Source of the DNA: Marsupella aquatica
Lineage: Eukaryota; Plantae; Marchantiophyta
Assembly: GCA_973895155.1 (NCBI GenBank)
Contig: OZ316894.1
Location: forward strand, 12,068,828 to 12,132,827
Direction: 5' to 3'
Length of the DNA: 64,000 nucleotides
Shown here: positions 35,993-49,750 of the stretch, piece after piece
Layout of the letters: every line of letters begins with the position of its first letter
How positions within the stretch are numbered: position 1 is the stretch's first letter
Translations under genes and position numbers: made by a program
The notes under the pieces: model-generated
Databases searched by the model: none
What the model was told of the DNA's origin: nothing
The model's input: the letters and a program-made list of their open reading frames with translations, nothing else

Positions 35993-37786
35993 CAAAAAAT
36001 CATATAGTCTAGATATAAAAGAACTCCTACGCTCAAAAAATATTGTCTAAATATAAAAGAACTCTAAAAAGTTATTAAGTAGTTCAACTTTGATGCCAAC
36101 TTTGATGGCAACCAATACGCCCAAGGCCGGATCAAACAGGTCAGGTTTGTAACTGAGAAGGAAGTGCATTGCCATTGCAGACCCTTGGCTCAGTCCACCA
36201 AAAATGACATTTCTTGACCCTCTTCTTCAATCATTTCATCAAAGAAAGCACTCGTCTAGCCCAGTCCATCATATTGCAAATCTTGCTCCAGATCTTCCAG
36301 GGTCCAATTGTCGAACCGCTGGTTGATCGGGACCCGCTTCAGGACTGTAGAGCGGTGGGGAAGATGGATTTCATGGACGGGAAAACTTGGCGGAGAGTGT
36401 CTCTGGAGGAAAGCTCAGAGCTGCGACATTCGAGGCCGAAGCTGGAGCCGTTGCTCCCGTGGCCATGGAGCAAATATGGGAATGAGTGTGCTGCTTGGAT
36501 GCAGCAACGATGAGAGGCTCTGGACACTTGTTTCTAGCTGCTTGTTTTTCCTTGGGAAGCTGTGGATGATGCACTTTCTATTGAAGAGGCCCAGAGATAT
36601 GTACGATCGTCGCCTTCAATGTAACTCCATTATTCTAACCCAATGTCCAGACGCCCAGTCAACGTCAGCGTTGTGCACCTCTGGAACGGGTATTGACGTT
36701 CGGATTCAAATAAATCTGTTCACAACACTTCTCTTCCGTGTCAAAATTTCGGACAGTAGGATTTTAAGTTAAAAACAGGTGCAAAAATGTGAGTTCAGTT
36801 CAGTCCTCTTTTCGCAGCACAACCGCAGAAATCGGAGGTGATTTCTTAAGTTAAATCACCTCCGATTGAGGAGTAGATACTAGGCAAAGAAGAAACAGAA
36901 CAAGAGAGACTGTAACCCATGTGCACAGCAAGTGACTCGGTTGCCAAAATATTGCGTACAGGATTTGAATGCATCGCATCACACTACAGAGGAGCACAAA
37001 TGACGAAATTGAATCACAGGAAGCAGAGCACGGAAATTCATCCCAGGCAACTGAATTTGACCGCAAGCAGGAGAAGGCCACAGCGACAGAGATGCATGCA
37101 GAGGAACAGCAAAGTATTACTTGCTGAACAATTCAGACGAGTTCCACAGTCGATTCAATGAAGTACTTTGCGAAATTAGCACCAGTTCAGGATTCAATTA
37201 AGCTGGGACCTTCGACAGTCGAAACGAGCAGAAATTGAAGTACAGCGCCAACGAATTGCAGGACGACTGAACACAAAACAAATTGCCGAAAATTGTGTTG
37301 CTACAAGAGCTAAGTTCGAAAACCTGAAAACTATTTGCACAGAATGGAGTATAAGTGGGAAAACCACTGATGAGAGATGACTCCGTGGAATGCTCGATGA
37401 TAACATGCTATAACTATCTCCATTCAAACATATCACTGCTGTTGATTTTCTCGTAATTGCAGTTGTCTTCCAGAACCACTAATGAGAAACGACTTCGTGG
37501 AATGCTCGATGATAACATTTTTCAACTATTTCTGGCAAATATCTGTGGATCCATGGAGGACAACAAAGCTTTTTCCTCACATGAACTGAGGTCTCTGGGT
37601 CGAAAAAATGGGATCCATTTGTAAAACAGTAATTGGATATATACAGAACTATAAGCGAACTCACAGGCTTGGCCGAGGAGATACGCTGCTGCAGTAGAAC
37701 TCATGAGGGCTTCACAAAAAATACTCACAGATTTTCAATTGCCGGAATCCGGGCAGAAAATAAGTGTACCAACTACGGCAACGTTT

Positions 37787-38779
37787 CTATTCTTCTACGG
37801 CTCCTTGTGTTTCATTTGCTTTCGCTTCCTTCTGCCTCTTGACAATCTCGTGTGCAGTATTGAAAACTCCATTCGTAGGCTTGTTGCACACGAAACAAAA
37901 CTTGTTTCTCGAATGATGCTTCAAAGCACAATGCTCACAAAAGTAGTGCTTGCAGTGTGTGATAACAGGGTCACGAAATGGCTCACGGCAAATGAAACAT
38001 GCAAACGGCAGCTCGTCCTCGTCGTCGCTATCGGGTGTCGTCTCTTCATCCTCCGGTAGCCCTTGAACGGCCCTATCCTTTTTCCGTTTCTGCGTCTCAT
38101 CCCACTCCTTTTCCATTTGCCATCCAGCCTTGTAATCGCCTCTGTCGTGAAGGAACTTACAAGAATCCCCATACCCGCAATAACCTGTCTCCTTGTAATC
38201 CTTGCAAATATCTGGCTGGTAGTCAAACCTCACCGACCACCTGATATGAGCGGAGGCTCGCAGAGGCCCATGAGCACCCCCGGCTTTCTCTCCCGCAATG
38301 GTGTGTTCCCTTCTGAACCCGGCCTTGTGATCCGTGTATCCGTTAATACCCTTGTAAACTTTACCACTTTGAGCGCTGTTGTCCTTCAGTGCCTCATCTG
38401 CCTGCTTTAAAACTCTTTCCCTAATCGCCCGAGCATCTCTATCAAATGCGGTCTCTGTCTCGAGAGTAGCTGTTGCCCTTTGGTCTGTATCTGTTTGGAC
38501 AACCCTAGATGATTCGTAGAAGAAGGTTTTTCCTTGCCTCCCACCTTCTTTCTCATTGTCCTCTTCCTCCTCTGACTGCTTTGGTTTAGATAGGGTCGCA
38601 CCAGACGAAAACTCCAGCCTCCCTTCGTTCTTCTTGGCAACCTTCTTCTGTAGAACTGCGACACCGCTGTTTGAATCCTCTGCATCTGTGTCTTCCGTTG
38701 CTCTCTTCCTCATGTTCTTGTTCCGCACGGATTTCTTGAAGAAAGTTCCATCTGCAGACGATGGATCCGAGGCCGCCAT
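37787..38779 (-). CDS. RNF113A: RNF113A/CWC24 spliceosomal CCCH zinc finger plus RING protein, intronless CDS
   Basis: 330-aa ORF with [38 protein letters not shown] and [34 protein letters not shown]...CFVC. Confidence 0.97.
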   Translation of the reverse strand: MAASDPSSADGTFFKKSVRNKNMRKRATEDTDAEDSNSGVAVLQKKVAKKNEGRLEFSSGATLSKPKQSEEEEDNEKEGGRQGKTFFYESSRVVQTDTDQRATATLETETAFDRDARAIRERVLKQADEALKDNSAQSGKVYKGINGYTDHKAGFRREHTIAGEKAGGAHGPLRASAHIRWSVRFDYQPDICKDYKETGYCGYGDSCKFLHDRGDYKAGWQMEKEWDETQKRKKDRAVQGLPEDEETTPDSDDEDELPFACFICREPFRDPVITHCKHYFCEHCALKHHSRNKFCFVCNKPTNGVFNTAHEIVKRQKEAKANETQGAVEE

Positions 38780-39245
38780 GTTGAAAACTTCGGGTAGGGC
38801 ACAACTTCGAGTTCAGCGGAGATGACTCTCGTGGACGATGCTGTACTCTTCAACCTCTACGAGCAGAGTACACAAGAAATTGCAAAGAGACGGACAAACT
38901 TGGGCACAAATTCGCTTTCGTCCGGGGACGCAGATGATACACTCATCACCCGATGCACTCACGAATGATGGTGCTTCTCCTCCTCAACCTCGAGAAGAGC
39001 AGCGAATGGACGAACCGAAAGTGATTTTGACGTCGGTTTTGCTACGGGCCTTAAGCCTCACGGCGACTGCCAATGACGGTACGCCTACGGCGCGAGTGAG
39101 ACCGGATCACTTTACATTATAATAATTGCAGAGGAGTGGGCCAAAACAGAGGAAGAGTGACTCGACTTTCCCTTTTTTTAGAATAGCGGAGTGGTGGAGA
39201 GGGAATAGAAGTGTATGCATCCAGGCGCTCTCGCGAGCTCTTCAT

Positions 39246-42200
39246 ATGAAGAGGAAAGCGAGCGACGAGGAGGGCGTCGAGCAGCAGCGAGACGACGACG
39301 ACGCGATGGTGGACGATGCCAGAGCGCTCGCAGACGATTCGGGCCGATGGGCGGACCTGGACAAACTGCTCCTGCGTCCGGGAAAGCTCGTCGGCCCGGA
39401 TTTCGAGCCCTCAGTCGAGGTAGGTGAGGATTTGTGCAAATTTTGGAACCTTGTGGCGCCTCCGCACCATATCTGGGGAGCAACCTCGTTCGCTGCCGTG
39501 AATGAATGCTCTGGAGCATGTGAAACGTGGACGGTATTACATTGTTGAATACTATCAAGGGTTAAAATATCTGGAACAGTTTGGGAATCATCCTAGATTT
39601 AGATGTGAGCCTAATGGATTCCCAGAGATTTGAGTCCTTTTTAGTAACGTTCATACAGAGCGTGATCCGAAAGCTCTCCTCTGAGCTTCTCCTTTGGTCG
39701 CCTAAGAATTGCAAACCTTTCCCACAACGAGGAGGGTTAAGATGATGGGGTTCTAGCCTTTTCACATGGCAGCATGTCGCTGATATGCAGCTTAAGCGGC
39801 CAAGAAAATGCCCATACAGTCAGAGAGGATTATGAATTAGGGTTGGTTCGAGAAGCACGAGCTAGGCCTCCGAATCTCGTCACGCACTGCAGAAGTTTCT
39901 GAAAACATTCATACTGGTCTCTGAGAGAGCGGTAATAGCCTGTAGTGTAGGATCACTTTCCTGGTGCAAATCGTATGTTCGGTACGCGTCCCCCTTGCGT
40001 CCACTTCGTTTTCCTGACGATTACATCAATTGCGGGTTTTCAAATTGTGTTGGATTTTGGTGTGGTGCAGTTACGAGATATGATCAGAAATGATTGTCAA
40101 ATACTGGTTATCGGTGCGGGTGGTCTGGGATGCGAGCTGCTGAAGGATCTGGCTTTGTCTGGCTTTGGAAGGATTGAGGTTATTGATATGGATACCATCG
40201 ACGTTTCCAATCTGAATCGTCAGTTCCTTTTTAGGTATTGTTCTTGTGCAAACCCGAGTATCCTCCGTCTTTGTCCCTCCCACCACTGGGAAAGAGAATT
40301 GCTCACTAGGAATATGTACGTGAAGGCTGGAAGACCTTCTGGACCACAGTGATAATTCGCAGCTGTTGGATTACAAATAGGACGCTAAGCGAACCAATCG
40401 AAGGGAGCACGGGTCACAGTACCCTTGAATGCTGATCATGCAGCCCTTCTTCATGTTATAGGAGGACCTGGGATGGACGTCGCTCTTCAGATTGAATCTA
40501 CTGAGCTTAGTTGTATGAAGTCACACTTGAATAAAAGTCCTGGCTGCGGATGATGCAGGATGCGTGATGTTGGACAACCGAAAGCAAAGGTTGCAGCCGA
40601 GAGAATAATGCAGCGGGTGAGAGGTGTAAATGTTGTGCCACACTACTGCAGAATTGAGGATAAAGACCCGTCGTTCTTTCAACAGTTTCAAATCATCGTC
40701 CTCGGCTTAGATTCCTTGGAAGCTCGAAGCTATATCAATGCTGTTGTTTGTGGGTTTCTAGGTAACTTCCCTGCCTCCTTGGTCCTAGTTACTTTACGCA
40801 TCCTTGACATGTTATCGTTTTTGAATTTTAATAGGTCAATCTCACGAGGAGGTTAGCATTTGTTTAGTACCTTGCAAGCTAGAGCATTTAGATATCTCTT
40901 TTGTACCCTCAAATACGTGTCTTCAATCATTGCTCGTGATTGTTCCTTCGAAGTCTATACATCCTAAGTTACATTCTTGCAAAGGATATGAGGCAAAAAC
41001 GGCATTGTTTGTTTTTTTGTGGCTTCAGAATATGAACCGGATGGAACTCCTGACCTGTCAACCATCAAGCCAATGGTCGATGGCGGTACTGAAGGATTCA
41101 AGGGTCATGCACGAGTCATCCTTCCCGGGGTAACCCCATGCTTTCAGTGCTCGATGTGGCTCTTCCCACCCCAAGTTACCTTTCCACTATGTACTCTAGC
41201 AGAGACACCCCGGGCACCAGCGCATTGTATTGAATATGTGCATCTGATACAATGGGGTCAGGTATACTTTCTAATAACTTCATTGCTTCTAGACAACCTC
41301 CTACCGAAAACGATAGGCATCCTTGAGTTTACCGCTTCAATGTGTCAAAACGCTTCTAAACTTTGCTCGTTTGCCCCTCTATGTTTAGTTGCATCTGAAT
41401 GCTGTTATATGCTCTCTTGTGTTTTACAACCGTGTAATTCCAGGAGCGAGCAGGAGAGTCGTTTGATGCGGACAACCCTGAGCATATGAAATGGATCTAC
41501 GAGCAGGTATCTAGCTGGTAATTGGGCTTCTCTGGTCTCTCTGTAATTAGTTCCTTGATTTCTGGTTGTTAATTCATGTCTTCGTTGGCAATTTTTGGTT
41601 AATTTTCTTTTTCTGGTGCACTCTGGCAGGCTGTGAAAAGAGCTGAAGAGTACAATATCAATGGTGTCACTTACACACTCACTCAGGTTCTTTCCGCTAA
41701 AAGCTCTTACTGCTTTTTATTTTAGTTGTCGTATGTCTATGTCCTACGTATGGCCTTTTTGTTCCCCAGTGACCAAGAGATCAGCTAGGCAGCAAGGAAA
41801 GTCGATAAGCAAATTGACAGGTGCAGGTGTCCTGCAGGGGGTGGTTAAAAATATCATTCCCGCCATTGCTTCGACCAATGCCATCGTTGCAGCAACATGT
41901 GCAATAGAGACCCTCAAGATTGCGACAATGTGTTGCACAAGTATGGATGTGTTCATGCAGTAAGTCTCCCATTTCCCTCTCGATTCATTGTGCGTTACTT
42001 GCTCTCAAATTAGAAACAATAGCGGATGTCCCCTTAGTTTCTTTATTTAGCTTGATTTCGTTAGGTATGGTTTGCCTGCTCACGCTTCATGTATATCAAG
42101 GATTTCATTTTCGTTCGAGTTTCAATGCAGATTAACTCAGAATGTACTATTTTTGTCATTGTATATTGCTTGGTTTGTTTTCACGAAATACGAGAGAAGA

Positions 42201-42879
42201 TCCGGCAGATAAGGATGGGCCTCTCTGTTTCGTTGGACTAGTTGAGTAAAAAGTACATTCTGCCCTGAATAAAATCTGTACTCGAATGGCAGATACACAG
42301 CTACAGACGGTGTTTACATGAGGACTTTTCCAAATGAGAAGGACCCCAACTGTATTATTTGCAGTCCAGGGGTACCAGTTGAGGTTGATAGCACAACCAC
42401 ATTGCAAAAGGTCAGTTATCAGGCTTTTATGAGGTTTGCAGTCGTTTGTCAGGCTTTACTTGATCGTTATTTCATTTGTGCCATTGTCTTGTGTTTGGGA
42501 TGACAGCCTCCTTACGTGGTCTTCTATGCATGCTTGCAGTTTCATTTGCGCCATTGTCTTGTGTTGGGGATGGCAGCCTCCTTATGTGGTCTTGTATGCA
42601 TGCTTGCAGTTTATCGACATCTTATTGAGGGATTCAAGATTCAAGAGCAAAATCTCAAAACCTAGTGTTTCTCTACGAGGGACCAACCTTTACATGCAAG
42701 CTCCCCCTATCTTGGAGGAAGAGACGCGCCCAAATCTTTCACAAAGTTTGTTTTCTCTTATGGGTGAACAAAACTCAGGTGGAATTTTGAATATTAATGA
42801 CAAAAGGTTGAAGGGAGTATTACGAATTCTAGTAATCTTCAAGGAAGCAATAGATGTGGATCCTATGGGTGGTGGTTGA
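39246..42879 (+). CDS. UBA3: NEDD8/RUB-activating enzyme E1 catalytic subunit (UBA3/ECR1)
   Basis: 9 exons: 39246-39419, 40071-40234, 40559-40761, 41029-41261, 41444-41506, 41630-41686, 41838-41959, 42293-42410, 42610-42879. Motifs [38 protein letters not shown], catalytic [23 protein letters not shown]-terminal [17 protein letters not shown]. Confidence 0.97.
42470..42609 (+). repeat. 70-bp tandem duplication that includes the last splice acceptor of UBA3
   Basis: Both units end in ATGCATGCTTGCAG (42539 and 42609); three related units occur in the pseudogene copy (~17122-17323). Confidence 0.9.
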
Positions 42880-45800
42880 TGTATGCCAAACAGTGTAGCT
42901 GATGATTATGTTGTCAAACTTTGCCAGATGAGGAAGGCTTTGCTGACAGTCTCTCTACTCCTAGAAATTGGCAATGTTTACCTTTTCAGTCTAGTGGACT
43001 CAGTACAATGAACCTCGTCGGAAGTTTGCATTACAGATGTTCAGAGCTACAGTTTTGACCTCATGACATTCGCTATAGATTTTTGAGACCCCAAATGTAC
43101 ATAAAGAGGGCTAAACCGCCTCAGCGGCTTTGTGGATACACATTTGCTTATGAATTTGCCCTGTGTCTCTCGAAATTTTTATTACAAATGGATGAATACG
43201 TGGACTCTTGATTAGTATCGAGCTTGCTCTTGAACATACATTTTCAGACTGCTTGGAATTAATCTGGAGATTGAAGATGTGCAACGCAGTGGAGACGGGA
43301 AAGTAATCGTTCATTTTTCTGCCAGCCAGCTTGAATTTTGAAGTACAGATCGACCACATACTGTACTGCAATGACTAACATAGTCAGTCCCTCTATGGCT
43401 CTAAGTTTCTGTAACTTGCACTCCTACCGACTTTAGCCCAATCGAGAAGAACCGCCTTTCTTGAAGTAAATAGTTGAACTGAGTTACTGTTAATGGCATG
43501 TTCAAGTGCTATCACGAGAATGTCTAATCATGACGCTGTCGCACACGCAGTTCATTCTTCTTAGCAAGATGCTGAGCTCCAAAGTACCGTAATTTGTAAA
43601 CAAGTGGAAATCGATCATCGATAGTCTGAATTTGCACATTTGAATAAGTTCGTCAAAATGTTAACTTCACAGCCTTCAGCAAGCAGATGGAGCTGTAACG
43701 TATCCATGATATGCGGAAAAGGGAAAGCACACTATTGCTCACATTCAACTAAATCCAACGTCCAAATGACTCTCTTGCACCATTGGGGGCCGCGTGTAAA
43801 CCAGTGCTTTGTCTGGCGAAATGATCTCCAACAGCACTTCAATTCTGAATAGTTTTCAGATTCAGCTGAAGTTGGCACTTCATGTAGAATTTGGTGAGTT
43901 GGCAGCGCTGCAGTGTAGATAAACTTGCTATGGCATTCAAGAGAGGATTAATTGTATGAAGTTCAATTGACCCCAAACGTTCTCGCTCTGTGCACCGTAC
44001 CTTGGTGTTAGGTACATTATGTACATTTAAGGTGGAAGAGCTTGGAATACGTGACTGTTCAATAGTATACAAGCGAAAGGAATATTGAGGCCCAGTATCC
44101 AACGGAGAAAGCACAATTGACATAGAAGACATCGTTTGCACCAAGCAAATTAACTTCATTTCTCCTTTCTTTAGATATATCATTGTTATGTTCTCGGATC
44201 CATGGCGGGGAGGTTAAATGGTGAAGATCCTATGCTTTTCACGTACAGCAGCAGCTCGGTCACAATTGTCATCGCATATTCAAGTAAAATTAAGATATTT
44301 TGGTGCTCTGTGACAAGCTCTGTAAGCGAAGTCAGGTTCTCAATTAGTTTTCGTAGGTATTTCCTGGAGTAAGAGGACCTCTCTTGAGCATCATCACTGA
44401 CGAAAGAGAGAAACTAGTACACTGGTTCTCAACTGGACTTGTCAAGCTGAAGAAATTCATTATGAATACTGACGTGGCCTTGTTGATACAATAGAAAAGC
44501 CACCACCAATCTCTACTTTGTTTGCATGCCTACACTACATTGTAGTAGGATTATCAACCGAACGAACATCAAAGATTGATCTTGAGGCAACTGTCATGAT
44601 TTACTTACTATTCTGGCATTTGTTTGGTTTGCCCAGAGAGGAGTAGCTTAGCCATAATGATTGCTCGTAATGAGCATACCCAAGGATCTTTCAATCTGCT
44701 TTTGCCCGGCCGATTACCCTCCTTCTACATGCAATTTGCATCTGATTGGTTGATTAGATCTTCTACCGTCATCATCAATACCTGCACACACAGCGGAGCA
44801 AGAGCAATGTCCTGATTAGAGGTAACGATCAAGAGCAACGTCACGATAACATGTAAATATCGTTCATGTTTGCAAGGGAACAACGTACAGAGAACGTTTT
44901 CGTCATGTGTGTAAGTTCAACCGGTAGCACACGATAGCAAATTGTTCAATAACTTCCTATATCACCGTGTTCTGTTCCGACCTCCGACGTCATCCCAGCT
45001 ATCCATGTAAGTCTCAATGGGTTGTCATGATGCATTCACCTCCTTTCCAATTTCCTGAAAGATAATCTACCTTTGCAAAAGAGAAATGAGCATTCTAGAA
45101 TTGGTCAGACTTTAAGGGATGACGACATCGAATAGTCTGGGCTAGATTCCGAACCCAATTGTCACTAGACCCTGCATCATTGCAATCTTCTGAAGAGTTC
45201 AAAGAGCAGCCCTGACTGTGTTGAGTATTCTCATGACATAGGGTCCAAATCTTTACTTTCTCTATTAAATTTCAGTAAAGAATTTGATGCTTTTAAAAAT
45301 AAGTTTCCTACATTGTGCACATAGGCTCAAAGTAGAGGAAAAGCAATCCAGGTAACTTTGACTAATATTGAATCATCTGAGTTACCTTTCCTGAGTCTCA
45401 CTGCTATAGATGAGTAAAAACAGATTCCCATAGGACCTCTACTATATGCTAAAAATATATATCACAGTGCCCAAAGGCAAAAAACTCTGAACCTGAGACA
45501 TGATCCCAAAGGCAAAGCAACCCAATGAAGGGGAGGAAAAGAAGGGAGGGCCCCAAGAAAAACATGCCAAGGGGTCCCCAAACAAAAGCTAAAAGCACTC
45601 CCTAGCACGATATAGAATTGGCGAATGGGACACAATATCAGACTGATAACATGGTTATAACCAGGGAGATGCAAAATCAAGGAGATTGAGGACAACAGAT
45701 CAATGTGGCAGAAGAGTTCCACCGAATTGCATCATGTGTATACTTTTGCCATTCTCGAGTGACAGAATTTAGTAAGGAACTGCCGTCCTTTTTGCCTCGA

Positions 45801-47714
45801 GCAAATAAAATGAATTCCATTCAAATAGCCAGCAAACAGGGGCCCCAAAAAGGGGGACACCAGCCCAATGGGAACTGATATTCTTGATGTCCAGACTTAC
45901 AAGAAACTTGTGGATTCCAAACATTTATGTACCAATTAGCGGAAGTGTTCAGTGTTCTTCTGAGACACCTTGAGTCTCATCACTTTGGGCTTGAACACTA
46001 TTGACTGGCTGGTCATTGAATAGAGTGTGGGACCCACTGAGACATTTACTAGACCTTCAAAATGAAAAGTGTTACTTGATGGACCCCATGAGTGATCCAG
46101 CACCTTGATAGTTTTTAAATACTTAGATGGATCCAAAATCTCATTGGGTCCACCAGTAACACTTTTCATCTGGGGGAATGGGGGTCCATCAAGTAAATGT
46201 CACGAGAACAAAGGTGAGGTCTTGCAGAAATTTTGAAAATAGCCACTAGTGCTGATTTTGCAATTGATGCTCATTTGGAGGAGAAGGTCAACTTTAGGGC
46301 TGGGTTGATCATCACCATCCATTTTGGAAATGCATCTATATATGGTATGCATCAGCAGTTACAGAGTTATTTAAGAACAAGTTGCTTGAACGCTTGGAGC
46401 CTCTTTTCCAGAATGAGTTAGCTAGGGGACCTGCCATCAAGATGAACTCCTTAAAACAAGTTGCTTGAAGTCCATCTAAACAATGTAACATGTAGTCCTG
46501 CTCTTTGTTTCTCATGTTCTGTTGACAAAATGTAGTTCTAGCAAAAGTGTCCTTGGTAGATGGATTAGGGTGACATTTTTTCCATAATCATAGGATGGGC
46601 TTGAAGGGCACCAGTGTGTACCTTTCCCGTGCCCAACCTGTCACGGACCCCCCCCCCCCCCGACAACACAAAGACTCCTTGAAATCTAGTTGTCAGGCTA
46701 ACTCGCTAAGTCCTCGTACTGTCTGACTGTCTGGCCATCTTATTTGTGTTCGACAACATTTGCGCTCAATTCACTTATTTTTGACATTCATACTATGCCA
46801 GCACACAGGCATTGGGGTAAGTGTTATATTATTCTTCAAAAGTTTAATTGGTAATTAGGGGGGGGGGGATGAGCAAGCTCTGTTAATAGCCTAATTTAAA
46901 TAAAGTAGCTAGTAAGGGGTCACAACCTATTTGGAAATCCCTTCAACCCAAGATGAACTTTAAGCATAAGCCAAGGAATTAGCAGTGGGACCAGGAAATC
47001 CAGGATTTCCTTTGCTCCTGAACTGAAAACAAGACCAAACTCTTTTCAGAGCCAAAACTTAGGAGGAAAGCACTTTAGAACTTTTGCACAATTTTGATAT
47101 TTAGATATGTACATAGTACCTCCATGGTAACACAGCATCAAGGGTCACAACACCCCCAGAAAAAGGACATTATCTTGAGTTTTGAGGGGCTATTACTGTC
47201 AATAACACCCTCATACAAGGGCATAGATACACATAATTAAAGGCCTAATATTGAGATGTTTGATTTTCAATTTTTTTAGTAAAAGCAAGCAAAAGTCTAA
47301 TAATGCATGCACTGTCTTCCATAAAGCATCAAAACATACAAGGAGAAATATCATAAAGGGCATTAAACTTGTGAATAAGGATGGGCATGAAAGTTGTGGA
47401 AACCGCATACACACGAGGATAGACAAGAAGTTGAATATTGTGATCCATAAAACAGCAGGAAATACATAGAAAAAATTCATGAAGGGCATTAAACTTGTGA
47501 ATGGGATGGGCTCTCAGACTCTGGGTCTGGGTAGTACTTGGAGGGTAGTGGTAAGTGCATGTCACATAGCGACATCAGGATACTTAGAAGGAACACCACT
47601 CACTGATACAAAAGAACCATTATTTAAGGTGATCATGGTCTGGAAAATATGTTCAACCTGTGGCAACTTGTCACAACACAATAATACACCATATACTGCA
47701 AGTTTTGAATGCAC

Positions 47715-48555
47715 AATTAATTCGTGGACCCCTTGGCTAATAAAATCAGGGGGAAGAGTCGATCTGAGCCGTCTCCATTTCTTATCTCCGGAAATCTAGT
47801 CCGTCCATCATAATGGCCAATCTATGGCTCAAAAGAAAGATCTCAAATAGATCTATGGATGGGTTCTGTCCGTTTTGCAAATGGGTTAATATTTTTCAAA
47901 TGAAAAATTAAACAAATCCAAGCCTTCGGACTAGCAGTCGATTTTGTTGATTTTACGATCTTTGCTGTCCATTTTGTAATACCTCTAGAAATCTTATTCA
48001 TCCATGTTAGAAGGCAATCTGGGGTGCAAAAGAAAGATCTCAATGAGATCTACGACTGGGTATTTTTTGTTTTGAGAATCAGTAAATAGTTTTGAGTATA
48101 AAATTCGATGAACTTTCAAGATTCCAGCCATTCCTCCTCCCCGATCCTGGGTTTCTATGTGCTCTTCCTAGCATTAATGGCCGTACAATACAAGAGGTCC
48201 TTACATACCGGGAGTTGCAGTTTAACAAGGAAGTTATCAAGTTAGTTATTAGTCATTATTTATTATATGAAAAATACTTTTTATAAATCCTTGAATTTAA
48301 GTTTTAAAATTGGAAATGTAACTAAAATGGTTACATAATGACAGTTTTAACCGTCTTGCTCTTTGCATTTCCAATGTTTTTACTTTTCTTTTTACGGCAC
48401 GGCGTCCCAAAATTTACACCCAAATTGACACAAACACGAATGAAAACTATAAGTTTGATTCACAAAACCGACAAGTCTTGTTTGTTGCGGTTGTTGTTGA
48501 CGTGGCACGCTGTGGTGCCAGAAATTTGGGAAGGGACCTCTAGTGGGGTCCGTAA
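47715..48555. mobile_element. Putative non-autonomous element, copy A
   Basis: Left motif AATTAATTCGTGGACCCCTTGGCTAAT and the right ~330 bp (48227-48555) are both shared with 53251-54466. Confidence 0.5.
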
Positions 48556-48594
48556 CTATCCCCGGGCCTACTTGAACTCTTGCTGTGCATATGC

Positions 48595-49750
48595 AGAGGT
48601 ATTTGGGCTAGTATTGCTACAGGTGTCCAGGCTAGTATGTACTTCTTGAATTCAAAATGAAAGTGAGGGAAATGTGCATGGGTATTTGGACTGGTATTAC
48701 TTCTTGAAATCAAAATACAAGAGAGAAATACGCACCAGTATTCGGGCTACTATTACTTTTTGAAAATCAAAATAAAAGAGAGGAGAAATACGCATAGGTT
48801 TTGTGTATTCTATTACTTTTTGAAATCAGAACTAGCCCTCACTAGACATTCTTTGAACTAGCCTTGACTACATATTCTTTGAACGTGAATAGTTGGGAAG
48901 ACAACAAAAATATCACCAAAATATATTCCTTATTCACATCACCTTTTTTGAAGGTTAATGAAGTGATAAAAAATCATTAAACATCATATCATCATTTTAA
49001 TAATCATACACAACATACTCTTTTCTATGTACATATATTATGGTGATGCAATAGGGATACTTTTTAATATAAATTAAAATTATGACAAAAATCATTATGA
49101 TTATCATTTGATGTACATCATAGTCATGGGTTTTTTCATCCACATGATGAGCCATGAATGAAATTATTTTCTTGTCTTCACTCTAGAAACTTAGACCCCA
49201 ACTTTAGCTTGTAGTTGACGCTTTATAAGTAAGATATATTATGGTGGGACACTGAGCTCATTTTTAATGTAAATAAAAATTATGACAAAAATCACGCATG
49301 ATTATCATTTGACATAGATCACAGTCATGAGTTTTCTCATCCATATGATGAGCCATGGATTTACTATCTAGAGTCATGAATTTTCTCATCCATATGATGA
49401 GCCATTGATTTACTACTAGAGATTTCACTCTAGAAATCTAGACCCTAACTCTAACTTGTAGTTGACGTTTTATAAATAAGATATAAAAAAGTGCAATATG
49501 CACAATATGTGTATGTGGGATAATATTGTATGTGGGATAGTATTACTTCTAGAGATCAAAATAAAAGGGTGTGAAATATGCTCCGGTATTGGGTACCGTG
49601 GTATTACTTCTAGAGATCAAAATAAAGGGTGGGAAATACGCTCCGGTAATCGAGCTAATATTACTTGAAATCAAAATACAAGAGATTAAAATACGCACCG
49701 GTATTCGGGCTGGTGTGACTGGTTCCCGAATTCAAAATAAAAGAGAGGGA
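48595..49750. repeat. ~55-bp repeat array (GTATTACTTCTTGAAATCAAAATA.AAGAG..AAATACGCACC.GTATTCGGGCT) split by an AT-rich insert that itself contains a ~200-bp duplication
   Basis: Units at ~48600-48830 and ~49540-49750; internal duplication of ~49060-49240 at ~49260-49485. Confidence 0.7.

Noticed and set aside
8309-42879. Functional ubiquitin/NEDD8 gene cluster (AIP2, RNF113A, UBA3)
   Set aside because: RING genes are abundant and unrelated genes intervene; only the RNF113A-UBA3 adjacency is notable.
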